A stretch of 64,000 nt of DNA from an uncultured Candidatus Saccharibacteria bacterium (GCA_964496815.1 CAZCAO010000002.1:6265-70264), one strand, 5' to 3'; shown: positions 49,264-59,108, counted from the first letter of the stretch. Notes: a model not told the origin generated them from the letters alone. Made by a program: numbers and translations.

Positions 49264-49887
49264 TTAAGCTTTTGGATCTGCTTTGGCTTCACCAGCTTCA
49301 GCTTCAACCTTTTCGGCAACAGCTTCGTCATCTTTGGCGCCAGCGTCTTTTTCTGGGTCGGCCTGCTTGGCTTCTTTAGCTTCTTCTTTGGCAACTTCTT
49401 CAGTCGTTACCGTGTCAGCCTGCTGCATTACGTCTTCGCCGGCGTTCTCGGCTGGAGCTTCGGCTGCAACCACTTCGGCCTCAGCTTCAGCTGCAATCTG
49501 AGCCGCAGTGCGTCCATCGGCTTCGTTTGCGGCCGCTCGGTCGAATTCTTGTTCTGCCATACGAGCAGATTTACCACGCAAACCACGCATGTAGCCCAGG
49601 AAGGCTCGGCGCACTTTAGCACGTCGCATTACCTCGATCTTCACCACGTTTGGTGAGTGTAGGAACCAAGTTTTTTCTACGCCTACACCAGATGCGATCT
49701 TGCGCACAGTGATACTAGCCTGCAAGCCATTCATGCTCTTGCGACGAATCACAACGCCCTCGAACACCTGAACGCGCTGCTTGTTGCCTTCGCGAATCAT
49801 CTGATGTACACGAACGGTGTCACCAGGGCGAACATCAACGACCTTGGCTTTGTAATTCTTCTTTTCTACGAGTTCAATAGCGTTCAT
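49264..49887 (-). CDS. rplS: 50S ribosomal protein L19 with an acidic Ala/Glu-rich C-terminal extension of about 90 aa
   Basis: An L19 core (residues 1-115) followed by a low-complexity tail. Confidence 0.9.
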   Translation of the reverse strand: MNAIELVEKKNYKAKVVDVRPGDTVRVHQMIREGNKQRVQVFEGVVIRRKSMNGLQASITVRKIASGVGVEKTWFLHSPNVVKIEVMRRAKVRRAFLGYMRGLRGKSARMAEQEFDRAAANEADGRTAAQIAAEAEAEVVAAEAPAENAGEDVMQQADTVTTEEVAKEEAKEAKQADPEKDAGAKDDEAVAEKVEAEAGEAKADPKA

Positions 49888-49966
49888 AACTTTATGAGTC
49901 TAGCATATTACACCCATCTAAGCAAGAGGAATTAAGACGGGCAGCGGCTAAAATTAGTAGTCCTAA

Positions 49967-52900
49967 CTAGTTCATAACTCCAGCGGCGCTTTCTTTGACA
50001 ACCACGTGCTCTGATCCAAGCAACTCGTTTAAATGACTCGTTAGCACGTCGGTAATAGCAACCTTGTATGGCAGCTTGATCATCTTCCTGTCCGCCCCGC
50101 CGAGAACCAGATAGCTCGCACAAATACCTTTGTGCTCCTCGAGTATCTTCTTGACCGCTATGAGCTGTGTGCTGTCCTTTAGGTCATCAAGGTGCACGAA
50201 TAGCTCGTGGCTTGCGACTGGCGCAACCTCCTCTACGCTCTCCTTACGTGGCTTGGGAAGCCACTTGCGAGCCTTTTCTATATCGATTGGCTTTACTTTG
50301 TCCATCAGTATCTTAAGTTCACCACCTGTCTTGCCATCTCGATCCTTGGTACTTACCTTTCCCTCGATTTCGACGACCGCATCTACATGCAATACAGCCT
50401 GATACTGTTCATAGGCCCGTGGAAAGACAATCAACTCCACTTCTCCATCTTTGCTCTCGAGACCTACAAATGCCATGCTCGAACCTGTTTTAGTAGTAAT
50501 CTTGCGAAATGTCGTAATAATACCGCCGATGTGGACGGAACGATTCTCCAAACTGGCATCAAGCTTATTAAGCGGCATAGTTTGGTCATAAAGATAATTA
50601 TCATATTCATCAAGTGGATGAGAGGAGATGTAGAGGCCAAGTAATTCCTTTTCCCAAACCAAGTGCTGGCGCGCATCAGGTTTGGTTGAAGGAGCGTCAA
50701 ACTGCAATGGTGGCATTTCGTCTTGCATGCCGATCGCGCCGAATATATCGATCTGCCCCGACAAAGCGTTCTTTTGCGCCCTAGTGGCATATGAAGTAAT
50801 CTTATCCACATTAGCGAGCAAAGTGTCGCGATCACCCATACTGTCAAACGCCCCGGCCTTAATGAGACTCTCCATGGTTTTACGGTTTACATAGGCCGCA
50901 TCTACACGCTTGGCAAAGTCCTCTACAGACGTGAAGTTTCCACCTTCTTCGCGGGCCGCTATAATCGCAGCAATAGGTCCAGAGCCAACATTCTTGACCG
51001 CTGCCAGGCCAAACCGGATATTGTCAGTACCTGGTACCACGGCAAATTCATAAAAGCTTTCATTCACATCGGGGGGCAAAAGCTCCATACCCATCTTGCG
51101 ACATTCCGTGACCTCGATGGCAATTCGGTCTAAGTTCCCATAATCACTGGTCATTAAAGCCGCCATGAAGGCAGCTGGATAGTGCGCCTTCAAATAAGCC
51201 GTCTGCACAGCAATTAGCCCGTAACAAGCGGAGTGGGATTTGTTAAAGCAGTAGTCAGCAAACCCGAGTAAATGATCCCAGAACCGCTCCATGATATCGC
51301 GCGGTACCTTGGAGTGCGACACACCTCCATCAATAAATGCCTTTTTCATCTTTGTCATCGTCTCGATATTCTTTTTACCTATTGCCTTACGCAATGTATC
51401 GGCCTCACCCCCGGTAAAACCACAAACGTCCTTAGAAAATTGCATAACTTGCTCCTGATAGACCAGAACACCATAGGTGGTCTTGAGTGATGGCTCCATG
51501 GAAGGATGGTCATAGGTAACCTCTTCGAGGCCGTTTTTGCGACGTACGAAGCTGTCAGTCAGGCCGGCCGAAAGCGGACCGGGTCGATAGAGTGCGCACA
51601 TGGCTATAATGTCGTCAAAACGATCGGGTTTAAGCTCTCGCAGATAGCGTTTCATGCCAGATGATTCAAGCTGAAATACCCCTGTTGTGTCGCCATGAGC
51701 AAGCAGTTCATAGGTCTTTTTATCATCAAGCGGGATATCGCTCGGGTTCAGGTCGACATCGTATACCTTGCGCATAATACGCAGGGTGTTCTTGATAATC
51801 GTGAGGTTAGATAGGCCCAAGAAGTCAAACTTAAGCAGACCAAGCTCCTCGACTGGACCCATGGCATACTGCGTGGCTATGCCGCCCTTCGATGCCCGAG
51901 TCAGCGGCACCCGCTCTACGAGAGCTTCGGGAGCAATCACTACGCCAGCCGCATGTGTCCCGGTGTTACGAATGGTACCCTCGAGCTGCATCGCTACATC
52001 GATCACGTTTTTAGCTCGAGGGTTCGAATTATACTCGCGCGACAAATCCTGATCGTCAATAATCGATTTGGCTAATGGGATGTGTCGACCTTGCACTGGC
52101 GCTGGAATGAGTTTGGCAATCGCATCGACTTCGGCGTACGACATACCCAAAACCCTGCCGGTATCACGTACGGCGTTGCGGGCAGCCATGGTGCCAAAGG
52201 TAATAATCTGAGCCACTCTATCCTGACCGTATTTTTCGGTCGCATAAGCAATTACCTCTTCGCGTCTATCATCGGCGTAATCCATATCGATATCTGGCAT
52301 TGAAATTCGGTCTGGGTTGAGGAAGCGCTCAAACAGCAAGTCATACTCAAGTGGATCAAGATCGGTAATGTTCGTTAGGTAAGCAACAATCGATCCAGCC
52401 GCACTGCCGCGGCCTGGTCCACAAATAATTCCTTGGTTTTTACTCCAGTTAATCAAATCTGCTACGATCAAAAAATACCCTTCATAACCCATCTTACCGA
52501 TAACTTCGAGTTCATATTCGATGCGTTCAAGGATCCGCGGCTCGAGCTTGGAGGCAACCTCTTTTTCTTTGATAGTCGCCAGATCTTCTTTTGGTGTCTT
52601 CAGATAACGCCATGCCGCACCGGTAAAAACTAGGTGACGCAGGTAACTCTTTTCCGTTTGACCCTCGGGCACATCAAACTTTGGAATCAGGATCTGTCCT
52701 AATTCGATATGCAAATCACACATGTCGGCAATCTTGACGGTATTAGAAATCGCCTCTGGCAAATTGGGGAACTTTTCCATAAAAAATTCACCACTCCGCA
52801 CCGACAAGTCCTGATCGAGCCGCATACGGTTTGGATCCTCAAGTAAACTACCGGTCTGCACACAAAGTAGGATGTCATGCGTGTAGTGATCTGTTTCTTT

Positions 52901-53584
52901 GGTATAGTGAGCATCGCCAGTTGCAACCAAACCAAGCCCTAGCGTCTTGGCTATAACTTGCAACCCAGCGTTCACGCGGTCCTGAGGCTTCCAGCCAATA
53001 TGGGGCTGGACCTCGAGATAATAATTTTCAGCTCCAAATAAATTCTTATACCACTCAGCCGCTTCCATAGCATCTTCTGGGTCACCATTGAGAATATGCG
53101 TGCCTAGCTCACCACCAATACAGCCGGTTAAGCAAATAAGTCCGTCGTGATATTTTTCGAGCAGCTCCCTGTCGATACGTGGCTTGTAGTAGAATCCCTC
53201 TAGCCAGGCGATCGTGGAAAGCTTCATCAGATTCTTATAGCCCTGTTCGTTTTTGGCGAGGAGGGTTAAGTGATACGGAGTACGGTCTTCTTTGGAGTTC
53301 TTGTCGGTGTGTTTGCGTGGTGCTACATAAGCTTCCATGCCAATTATTGGCTTAATACCACGCTTAGTGCATTCTTTGTAGAACTCTATGGCGCCTGAAA
53401 GCGTGCCGTGATCAGTAATCGCCACAGCCTTTTGTCCTAAAGCCTCTACCTGGTCTAGTAGCTGTGGGATCTTCTGCAATCCATCGAGCAAGCTGTAGTG
53501 AGTGTGATTATGTAGATGCACGAAATCAACGCCCGAGCGCTTAGCTGACGTAGGCTGATTATTTGTTTCAGTTTTTGAAGACAC
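49967..53584 (-). CDS. dnaE: DNA polymerase III alpha subunit
   Basis: 1205-aa protein with the PHP domain HLHNHTHYSLLDG and a polymerase core. Confidence 0.95.
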   Translation of the reverse strand: MSSKTETNNQPTSAKRSGVDFVHLHNHTHYSLLDGLQKIPQLLDQVEALGQKAVAITDHGTLSGAIEFYKECTKRGIKPIIGMEAYVAPRKHTDKNSKEDRTPYHLTLLAKNEQGYKNLMKLSTIAWLEGFYYKPRIDRELLEKYHDGLICLTGCIGGELGTHILNGDPEDAMEAAEWYKNLFGAENYYLEVQPHIGWKPQDRVNAGLQVIAKTLGLGLVATGDAHYTKETDHYTHDILLCVQTGSLLEDPNRMRLDQDLSVRSGEFFMEKFPNLPEAISNTVKIADMCDLHIELGQILIPKFDVPEGQTEKSYLRHLVFTGAAWRYLKTPKEDLATIKEKEVASKLEPRILERIEYELEVIGKMGYEGYFLIVADLINWSKNQGIICGPGRGSAAGSIVAYLTNITDLDPLEYDLLFERFLNPDRISMPDIDMDYADDRREEVIAYATEKYGQDRVAQIITFGTMAARNAVRDTGRVLGMSYAEVDAIAKLIPAPVQGRHIPLAKSIIDDQDLSREYNSNPRAKNVIDVAMQLEGTIRNTGTHAAGVVIAPEALVERVPLTRASKGGIATQYAMGPVEELGLLKFDFLGLSNLTIIKNTLRIMRKVYDVDLNPSDIPLDDKKTYELLAHGDTTGVFQLESSGMKRYLRELKPDRFDDIIAMCALYRPGPLSAGLTDSFVRRKNGLEEVTYDHPSMEPSLKTTYGVLVYQEQVMQFSKDVCGFTGGEADTLRKAIGKKNIETMTKMKKAFIDGGVSHSKVPRDIMERFWDHLLGFADYCFNKSHSACYGLIAVQTAYLKAHYPAAFMAALMTSDYGNLDRIAIEVTECRKMGMELLPPDVNESFYEFAVVPGTDNIRFGLAAVKNVGSGPIAAIIAAREEGGNFTSVEDFAKRVDAAYVNRKTMESLIKAGAFDSMGDRDTLLANVDKITSYATRAQKNALSGQIDIFGAIGMQDEMPPLQFDAPSTKPDARQHLVWEKELLGLYISSHPLDEYDNYLYDQTMPLNKLDASLENRSVHIGGIITTFRKITTKTGSSMAFVGLESKDGEVELIVFPRAYEQYQAVLHVDAVVEIEGKVSTKDRDGKTGGELKILMDKVKPIDIEKARKWLPKPRKESVEEVAPVASHELFVHLDDLKDSTQLIAVKKILEEHKGICASYLVLGGADRKMIKLPYKVAITDVLTSHLNELLGSEHVVVKESAAGVMN

Positions 53585-53697
53585 GCGAACTCTACCCCTC
53601 CTTACCTCACTTTTCCCGTTAAGACTTATTATAGTCCTTTCGCCTCATAAGCATAAGCCTTGCGACTAAAGTTTTTTTATTCCCTTGTATTACCTGC

Positions 53698-53726
53698 TTG
53701 CGAATATCCCTCGAGTCAGGCAAAAT
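53698..53726 (+). promoter_or_regulatory. candidate promoter of ORF D
   Basis: TTGCGA-17 nt-CAAAAT. Confidence 0.3.
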
Positions 53727-53764
53727 GGATAACTGCTGCATCCGACAAACTCCGGAAGGAAACA

Positions 53765-54262
53765 ATGCAAGCAACACTTCAGCGCATACCCATGCCAGGC
53801 AGGATCGCCTCAGGCACGGGCTACTCCCACGGCGATCTGCTGGTGGTGCAGTTTCGTGACCAGGGTGACCCTGACAACGACGTCGAAATCGAAACGGCGA
53901 TCGAGAACATCCGCATCGCGGGCAAGGCCGAGGGCAGCATCATCCAGCTGTCCGTTCCGCTCAAGGCGCTGTTGCGCACAAGCCCGGATGGCCAGTTCTC
54001 TCACGTCATCGGAGATGATCGCATGCGAACGGCCATCGGCAAACTGATGGGCGATGACTTCGCCGCCAAGCTCATTGACCGAGCGAACTCCCAGATCGGT
54101 TGGGAGACAACCATGCAGGCGGAAGTTCCCGCCGACCAGCTCAAGCAACAACGAGCCATCGTGCTGTGGCTGGACTACAAGGCCAGACAACTCAAGGCAC
54201 CACGCCTGTCGGAGTTCAACTCTCGCCAGTCTTGGGAGCTGGAAGACGCCACGCCGGCATGA
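53765..54262 (+). CDS. hypothetical protein D (165 aa), no recognised family
   Basis: The ATG follows GGAAGGA. The frame is strongly GC3-rich. The antisense 168-aa ORF is judged a shadow. Confidence 0.65.
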   Translation: MQATLQRIPMPGRIASGTGYSHGDLLVVQFRDQGDPDNDVEIETAIENIRIAGKAEGSIIQLSVPLKALLRTSPDGQFSHVIGDDRMRTAIGKLMGDDFAAKLIDRANSQIGWETTMQAEVPADQLKQQRAIVLWLDYKARQLKAPRLSEFNSRQSWELEDATPA

Positions 54263-54273
54263 CCAAGAACCAC

Positions 54274-54307
54274 CCCCACCCGGGTGCTCCAACGCACTCG
54301 GGTGGGG
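54274..54307 (+). terminator. GC-rich hairpin after D
   Basis: A stem of about 14 bp (CCCCACCCGGGTGC/GCACTCGGGTGGGG with one G-U pair), followed by ...CAUUUAUUC. Confidence 0.5.
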
Positions 54308-54331
54308 TGCCCGCATTTATTCTAGATAGAT

Positions 54332-54364
54332 AAAAAGAAGGCGCCTTTTAGGCGCCTTCTTTTT
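54332..54364. terminator. native bidirectional terminator
   Basis: AAAAAGAAGGCGCC-tttta-GGCGCCTTCTTTTT. Confidence 0.75.
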
Positions 54365-54381
54365 ATCAGCTACGAGCTTTG

Positions 54382-54666
54382 CTACATACTAGGTGGAACG
54401 GCCGCCTGACCTGCTGCCTGGCCTATCTTCTGAATAAACTCCCCAATCAAAGGTATTCCCCCTAAATAGGTCACTGCAGCACCAATTAAAACTATCGCTA
54501 TTGCGGCACCGATAACACTAGCCAGACCACGTATAAAACCAGTGTAAAAATTTAACCAGGCCAACCGCTTAGGGCTATTGAGCAATTCAATAAAATCGCT
54601 CATCGACACCTTTGAGCTGGCCCCAACTGCTGCGTCTAATTCCCGTTGCTGTTTACTACTTGCCAC
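54382..54666 (-). CDS. small membrane protein
   Basis: 94-aa protein with 2 C-terminal TM helices. It is coupled to the upstream YtxH gene. Confidence 0.55.
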   Translation of the reverse strand: MASSKQQRELDAAVGASSKVSMSDFIELLNSPKRLAWLNFYTGFIRGLASVIGAAIAIVLIGAAVTYLGGIPLIGEFIQKIGQAAGQAAVPPSM

Positions 54667-55106
54667 TACTTTTTCTTAGAATCTTTTAGCTTTGTAGCTT
54701 CCTTTTTGACAGTTTCGCCAACTACACCAGCAGACTTGCCTAGCTTTTCAATTAGATCCTGCACTTCACGAATCAGCTCCTTGGCTTCTTTGAGAGCTGC
54801 TTCTGACATGTCTTGACCGTCCTCAGCTATCTCTTTGGTCTTCTTTGCCAACTCTGCCTGGAGCTTCTCTGCCTTCTTGAGTAGCTCCTGGGCTTCTTTG
54901 GATCCATTTTTTTTGAGCTCTTTCATTTGGTCTTCTAGCTGATGGCTCATGTGTTTAGCTTTCTGAACAACAGCTTCGCGATTTTCTTTACCACTCTTTG
55001 GCGCCAAAAACACTCCTGCTACCGCACCAGCGATCGCCCCGACAGCTGCACCAATCGCGAATGCCCCACCCGATCCTTGTTTTTTTGCTCGTTTATCCTT
55101 ACTCAT
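54666..55106 (-). CDS. YtxH domain protein
   Basis: A Gly/Ala-rich N-terminal helix (GAVAGVFLAPKSGKENRE) plus a coiled coil. Confidence 0.7.
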   Translation of the reverse strand: MSKDKRAKKQGSGGAFAIGAAVGAIAGAVAGVFLAPKSGKENREAVVQKAKHMSHQLEDQMKELKKNGSKEAQELLKKAEKLQAELAKKTKEIAEDGQDMSEAALKEAKELIREVQDLIEKLGKSAGVVGETVKKEATKLKDSKKK

Positions 55107-55363
55107 TTCTTGCTCCTTTTATGTGCTTGTTTATTAATATAATTGCTTATGAAGCTTGCGACAATACTAGGGCTGACCACACTATCACGTACCCCCTCTA
55201 CTACTTCTGTAACAGCATCAGCACTCTCTTGTGCTTTCTCTGCAATATGGCGAACTGACTTTAAAATCTTAGCTGTATAAACGGTAGCAACAATCGCCAG
55301 AACTAGCAGCACAAATGTTGCGATAGAAATCACTACTGACCAGACAAACAATGTCGTATCCAT
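55103..55363 (-). CDS. DUF948-like membrane protein
   Basis: An N-terminal TM segment plus a helical region. It is the usual partner of YtxH. Confidence 0.55.
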   Translation of the reverse strand: MDTTLFVWSVVISIATFVLLVLAIVATVYTAKILKSVRHIAEKAQESADAVTEVVEGVRDSVVSPSIVASFISNYINKQAHKRSKK

Positions 55364-55416
55364 GCGTTAACCTTTCTTATAATTTCATTATAGTGCTAGC
55401 TACCCCAGATGCCAAA

Positions 55417-56838
55417 CTACTTGAGCATGTCACGCAGTAATTGATTGACCATGCCGGGATTGGCCTGACCTTGGGTGACTTTCATAACTTGACCAACCAA
55501 GAAGCCGAGAACCTTTTCCTGTCCAGACTTATACTCTTCGACCGCAGCCTGGTTGGCGTCCAAAACTTCCTGAATGATTTTTTCAAGCTCACTTGAATCG
55601 GAGAGCTGACTAATTCCTTTTTCCTCCACTACTGCCCGTGGCGATTTGCCGGCAACTACGTCGGGAAATATATCTTTCGCAATTTTAGAACTTATCTTAT
55701 TGGCTGCCACCATCTCAACCAGCTCGGCTAAATGTTCGGGCTTTAGTTTTGACTCGAGGCCCGCTGTCAGTAGTGCCTGGTAATCTCCTACAAGCCAATT
55801 TACTAGTTTGGGCGACAGGCTAATGTCAGCTAGTTTGTGACGAGCCTGTTGAAACAGCAAAAGAGTCTGCGGCTGACCTATCAGAACATCTTGCTCATCA
55901 ACTCCTACGCCGGCCTCAACCAATTCTTTGCGCACTACAATTGGCAAAGTAACAATTTCTTTTTGGGCAGCCTGTACCATCGCGGCACTGATATTAAGTG
56001 GCGGAAGATCTGGTTCAGGGAAATAGCGATAGTCATGCGCCATTTCCTTGCCGCGCTGAGAAAACGTAATATTCTTAGCATCATTATAGCCCCGAGTCTC
56101 TTGCTCGATCACGCCACCAGCATCCAAGACATCGATTTGGCGGGCAATCTCATAATTCAAAGCCCTCTCGGCATTTCTAAACGAGTTGAGATTTTTCAAC
56201 TCCGTCCTAGTACCGAGTGTTTCGTTCGAGCTAACCGAAACGTTCAAATCAAACTTAAAGTTACCATGCTCCAAATCACCATGGGTCACCCCGAGCGCAG
56301 TCGCGATATTGTAAACTTCCTGTAAGTAGCGGCGCGCTTCTTCTGGCGTGTGCATGTCGGGCTCGGAAACAATCTCAATCAACGGTGTGCCAGCTCGATT
56401 AAAGTCCACGAGTGAATAATTGGCTCCGTCTGGATGGGTTGATTTACCAGCATCTTCCTCGAGATGCGCATGGTGAATACCAATTCGTTTAAACTCGCCA
56501 TTGACTAAGATTTCCACATAGCCCGGGCCAATAATTGGCTCGTCCATCTGAGTAATTTGATAACCCTTTGGCGAATCAGGATAAAAATAGTTCTTGCGAT
56601 CAAAGCTCGTCCGTTTGGCTATTTTGGCATTCAACCCCTCACCAAGCTTGATAGCAAGCTCGACTGCTCGCTTATTCACTACTGGCAGCGTACCAGGGTA
56701 AGCCATGCAAACCGGACAAATATTAGTATTAGGATCAGCCGAGCGCGAGTCGTTATCGCAGCCGCAAAACATCTTCGTTTTTGTGGCTAATTGTACGTGG
56801 ATCTCGATTCCGATAGTCGGAGTATATGTTTTACTCAT
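55417..56838 (-). CDS. gatB: Asp/Glu-tRNA amidotransferase subunit B
   Basis: 473-aa protein with GatB sequence (IGIEIHVQL, CPVC). Confidence 0.95.
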   Translation of the reverse strand: MSKTYTPTIGIEIHVQLATKTKMFCGCDNDSRSADPNTNICPVCMAYPGTLPVVNKRAVELAIKLGEGLNAKIAKRTSFDRKNYFYPDSPKGYQITQMDEPIIGPGYVEILVNGEFKRIGIHHAHLEEDAGKSTHPDGANYSLVDFNRAGTPLIEIVSEPDMHTPEEARRYLQEVYNIATALGVTHGDLEHGNFKFDLNVSVSSNETLGTRTELKNLNSFRNAERALNYEIARQIDVLDAGGVIEQETRGYNDAKNITFSQRGKEMAHDYRYFPEPDLPPLNISAAMVQAAQKEIVTLPIVVRKELVEAGVGVDEQDVLIGQPQTLLLFQQARHKLADISLSPKLVNWLVGDYQALLTAGLESKLKPEHLAELVEMVAANKISSKIAKDIFPDVVAGKSPRAVVEEKGISQLSDSSELEKIIQEVLDANQAAVEEYKSGQEKVLGFLVGQVMKVTQGQANPGMVNQLLRDMLK

Positions 56839-57290
56839 ATGCGTACCCCTAGTTCAGAGATAGCCTTGCCGAGATCATGCACGGCTTTCTGGACCTGAGC
56901 TGGCACGAGGTCATGATGTAGGCTATGGGCAAACTGATTGCGCAGCTTATGGGCAGCCCACACATCATTCAGGTTAGACAGCCGCTTACCGTCATACTTT
57001 AGTCGCTCGCCCATCGTTTCGCCCTTGAACCCTTTTGCCTGCATGACGTAATCGAGTAATTTATCGGCCTCGAACAATGCACTCCTCAGACCACTTGGGC
57101 CGTTTTTGAGCATAGCCTGGATATCATGCCAGCGTGGCGCCACAATGCTTAAATCATATACCTCGCCCCGGCTCTCAACCTTCATGCCACGATACGGCTT
57201 GCGTTTCTGCGCAGTCTTTGCCGATTGGCGTATCAAAACATAGGTAAGTAAACTCAAAACTAAAACCGCTATCAGTGCCGAGGAATTCAT
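56835..57290 (-). CDS. membrane-anchored protein with a HEPN-type Rx4H motif
   Basis: An N-terminal TM helix, and KLRNQFAH near the C-terminus of an all-helical-looking domain. It shares 4-nt overlaps with both gatA and gatB. Confidence 0.5.
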   Translation of the reverse strand: MNSSALIAVLVLSLLTYVLIRQSAKTAQKRKPYRGMKVESRGEVYDLSIVAPRWHDIQAMLKNGPSGLRSALFEADKLLDYVMQAKGFKGETMGERLKYDGKRLSNLNDVWAAHKLRNQFAHSLHHDLVPAQVQKAVHDLGKAISELGVRI

Positions 57291-58738
57291 AATTGCGGGC
57301 TCCTTTGTTTTAGATCATGCCAGGCGGTCTGCTGCTGATAGGCTGCCGCCAAACCGAGCGCATCAGCATCCTTGCCTTGTGGCGCAATTATTTGTAGTCC
57401 GACCGGTAAGTCGTCGACGAATCCCATTGGTACGCTCACTGCCGGAACGCCGACTAAATTTGCGGCAACCGTCATGATATCAGCTAAATACATATCTACA
57501 GGATCTTCATTGGCGCCAAACGTAAAGGCGGGGGTTGGCGTGGTAGGCCCTAGGAGTGCGGTCACCCCGTTCATAGCTTTTTCAAAGTCTTTGCGCAATT
57601 GGGTGCGCACTTGCATGGCCTTTTTGTAGTATGCGTCGTAGTAGCCCGCCGAAAGAGCGTACGTGCCAGTCAGTACGCGACGTTTTACCTCATCACCAAA
57701 GCCTTCATCGCGCGAGGCATCGTAAACCGCCTGCAGGCTATGTGCCTGCTGGCTACTGTGACCATAGCGAATCCCGTCATAGCGACTCAAGTTTGAGCTT
57801 ATTTCGGAAGGCACAAGCACATAATAAGCGGGCAAAGCATTGGCAATCGTCGGGATGCTAACCTGCGTAACCTCTACATTGAGCTTTTCTAAGTCAGTTA
57901 TCGCCTGATCAAAAGCTGCCTTACTGGCACTGCCCAGTTGGGCTACATACTCCTTCACCACGGCTACCTTCTTGCCTTGCCAGTCCTGGCGTAATGTAGG
58001 CTCATAGCTTGATTCGATTGTCGTGGCATCGCGCACGTCACGGCCGCTAATGGTGTCGACCACTGTGGAGACATCTTGGGCGCTACGTGCCAACACCCCG
58101 ACAGTATCAAAACTGCTGGCCATTGCGATCACGCCATAACGACTCATCAGGCCATAGGTTGGCTTGTAGCCAACAATCCCGCAGAACGCTGCTGGTTGAC
58201 GACTTGAACCACCGGTGTCGGTGCCCAAGCTAAAGATACCGAAATCAGCCGCTACTGCCGCGGCAGATCCACCACTGGAACCGCCAGGTACTCGCTCTAA
58301 GTCCCACGGATTATGTGTAGGATGATAGCCGCTATTTTCCGTACTCGCACCATGTCCAAACTCGTCATGGTTAACCTTGGCTATGAGTATAGCGCCGGCG
58401 GCATCAAGCTTTTCAATTACCGTAGCAGAATATGGCGGAATAAAATTCTCCAAAATTTTACTAGCAGCAGTAGCGCGTACGCCCTTGGTCAGAAACATAT
58501 CCTTCGCCGTGTAGGGAATCCCTTCGAGCAAGCCGATTTCTTCACCTGCGGCAAGCTTGGCATCGACCCGCTTGGCGGCAGCCAGAGCTTCTTCACTGCA
58601 AATGGTTAAGCAAGCTCGCACTTTGCTGTCAAAGGCTTTGATGCGACCCAAATAATACTGCGTCAGCTCAACTGCAGAAACCTCTTTAGTGACTAAAGCA
58701 TCATGAGCCTCTTGAATAGATAGGTAGTCCATGCCCAT
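57287..58738 (-). CDS. gatA: Glu-tRNA(Gln) amidotransferase subunit A
   Basis: Amidase signature (GGSSGGSAAAVAA). Confidence 0.95.
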   Translation of the reverse strand: MGMDYLSIQEAHDALVTKEVSAVELTQYYLGRIKAFDSKVRACLTICSEEALAAAKRVDAKLAAGEEIGLLEGIPYTAKDMFLTKGVRATAASKILENFIPPYSATVIEKLDAAGAILIAKVNHDEFGHGASTENSGYHPTHNPWDLERVPGGSSGGSAAAVAADFGIFSLGTDTGGSSRQPAAFCGIVGYKPTYGLMSRYGVIAMASSFDTVGVLARSAQDVSTVVDTISGRDVRDATTIESSYEPTLRQDWQGKKVAVVKEYVAQLGSASKAAFDQAITDLEKLNVEVTQVSIPTIANALPAYYVLVPSEISSNLSRYDGIRYGHSSQQAHSLQAVYDASRDEGFGDEVKRRVLTGTYALSAGYYDAYYKKAMQVRTQLRKDFEKAMNGVTALLGPTTPTPAFTFGANEDPVDMYLADIMTVAANLVGVPAVSVPMGFVDDLPVGLQIIAPQGKDADALGLAAAYQQQTAWHDLKQRSPQL

Positions 58739-59031
58739 TATTGCAGCACTCGCTTTACCTTTATATAACCATCCTGCACTGCCGGTGCGTTTGCGAGCAG
58801 TTCATCTCGGCTGAGCGGGCACTTGACTAATTCGTCCTCGCGTAACACGTCTTCTAAACCGGTAACCTGGCTTGTAGGATCAACCCCTCTTGTATCAACA
58901 GCCTGCAGAGCGTCTACAAACTCCAAGACTGAACTCAAACTCGTCACGAGCTTAGATTTTTCTGCTTCGGTTGCACCTATTCGAGCAAGCCCAGAAACCT
59001 TATCTACTTCTTCTTTAGAAAACTTCGCCAT
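58738..59031 (-). CDS. gatC: Asp/Glu-tRNA amidotransferase subunit C
   Basis: 97-aa GatC-like protein at the head of the gatCA-x-B operon. Confidence 0.9.
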   Translation of the reverse strand: MAKFSKEEVDKVSGLARIGATEAEKSKLVTSLSSVLEFVDALQAVDTRGVDPTSQVTGLEDVLREDELVKCPLSRDELLANAPAVQDGYIKVKRVLQ

Positions 59032-59079
59032 ATGGACTCTATTCTAGCAGCCAACAAGAGTAATGTGTAGCTTAAGACA

Positions 59080-59108
59080 TTGACAAATTAGACATGTTAT
59101 TATAAAGT
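59080..59108 (+). promoter_or_regulatory. candidate promoter of ORF E
   Basis: TTGACA followed by TATAAA (15-nt spacer) or TAAAGT (17-nt spacer). Confidence 0.45.

Larger units (their letters stand above)
53698..54310 (+). other. foreign-looking insert D between dnaE and a small stress-protein trio
   Basis: Hand counts give 36-37/60 G+C per line. It has a GC3-rich ORF on the opposite strand with its own promoter-like site and hairpin. Confidence 0.6.

Noticed and set aside
49209-49656. Several overlapping ORFs across the rplS 3' region (49209..49394, 49237..49656, 49283..49501, 49428..49622).
   Set aside because: They are artefacts of the repetitive GCx/GAx codons in the acidic L19 tail.
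53810-54316. 168-aa antisense ORF opposite cassette D, plus other overlapping frames at 53856-54333.
   Set aside because: These are shadow ORFs, common in GC-rich DNA. The plus-strand frame starting at 53765 has the SD, the GC3 periodicity and the downstream terminator.
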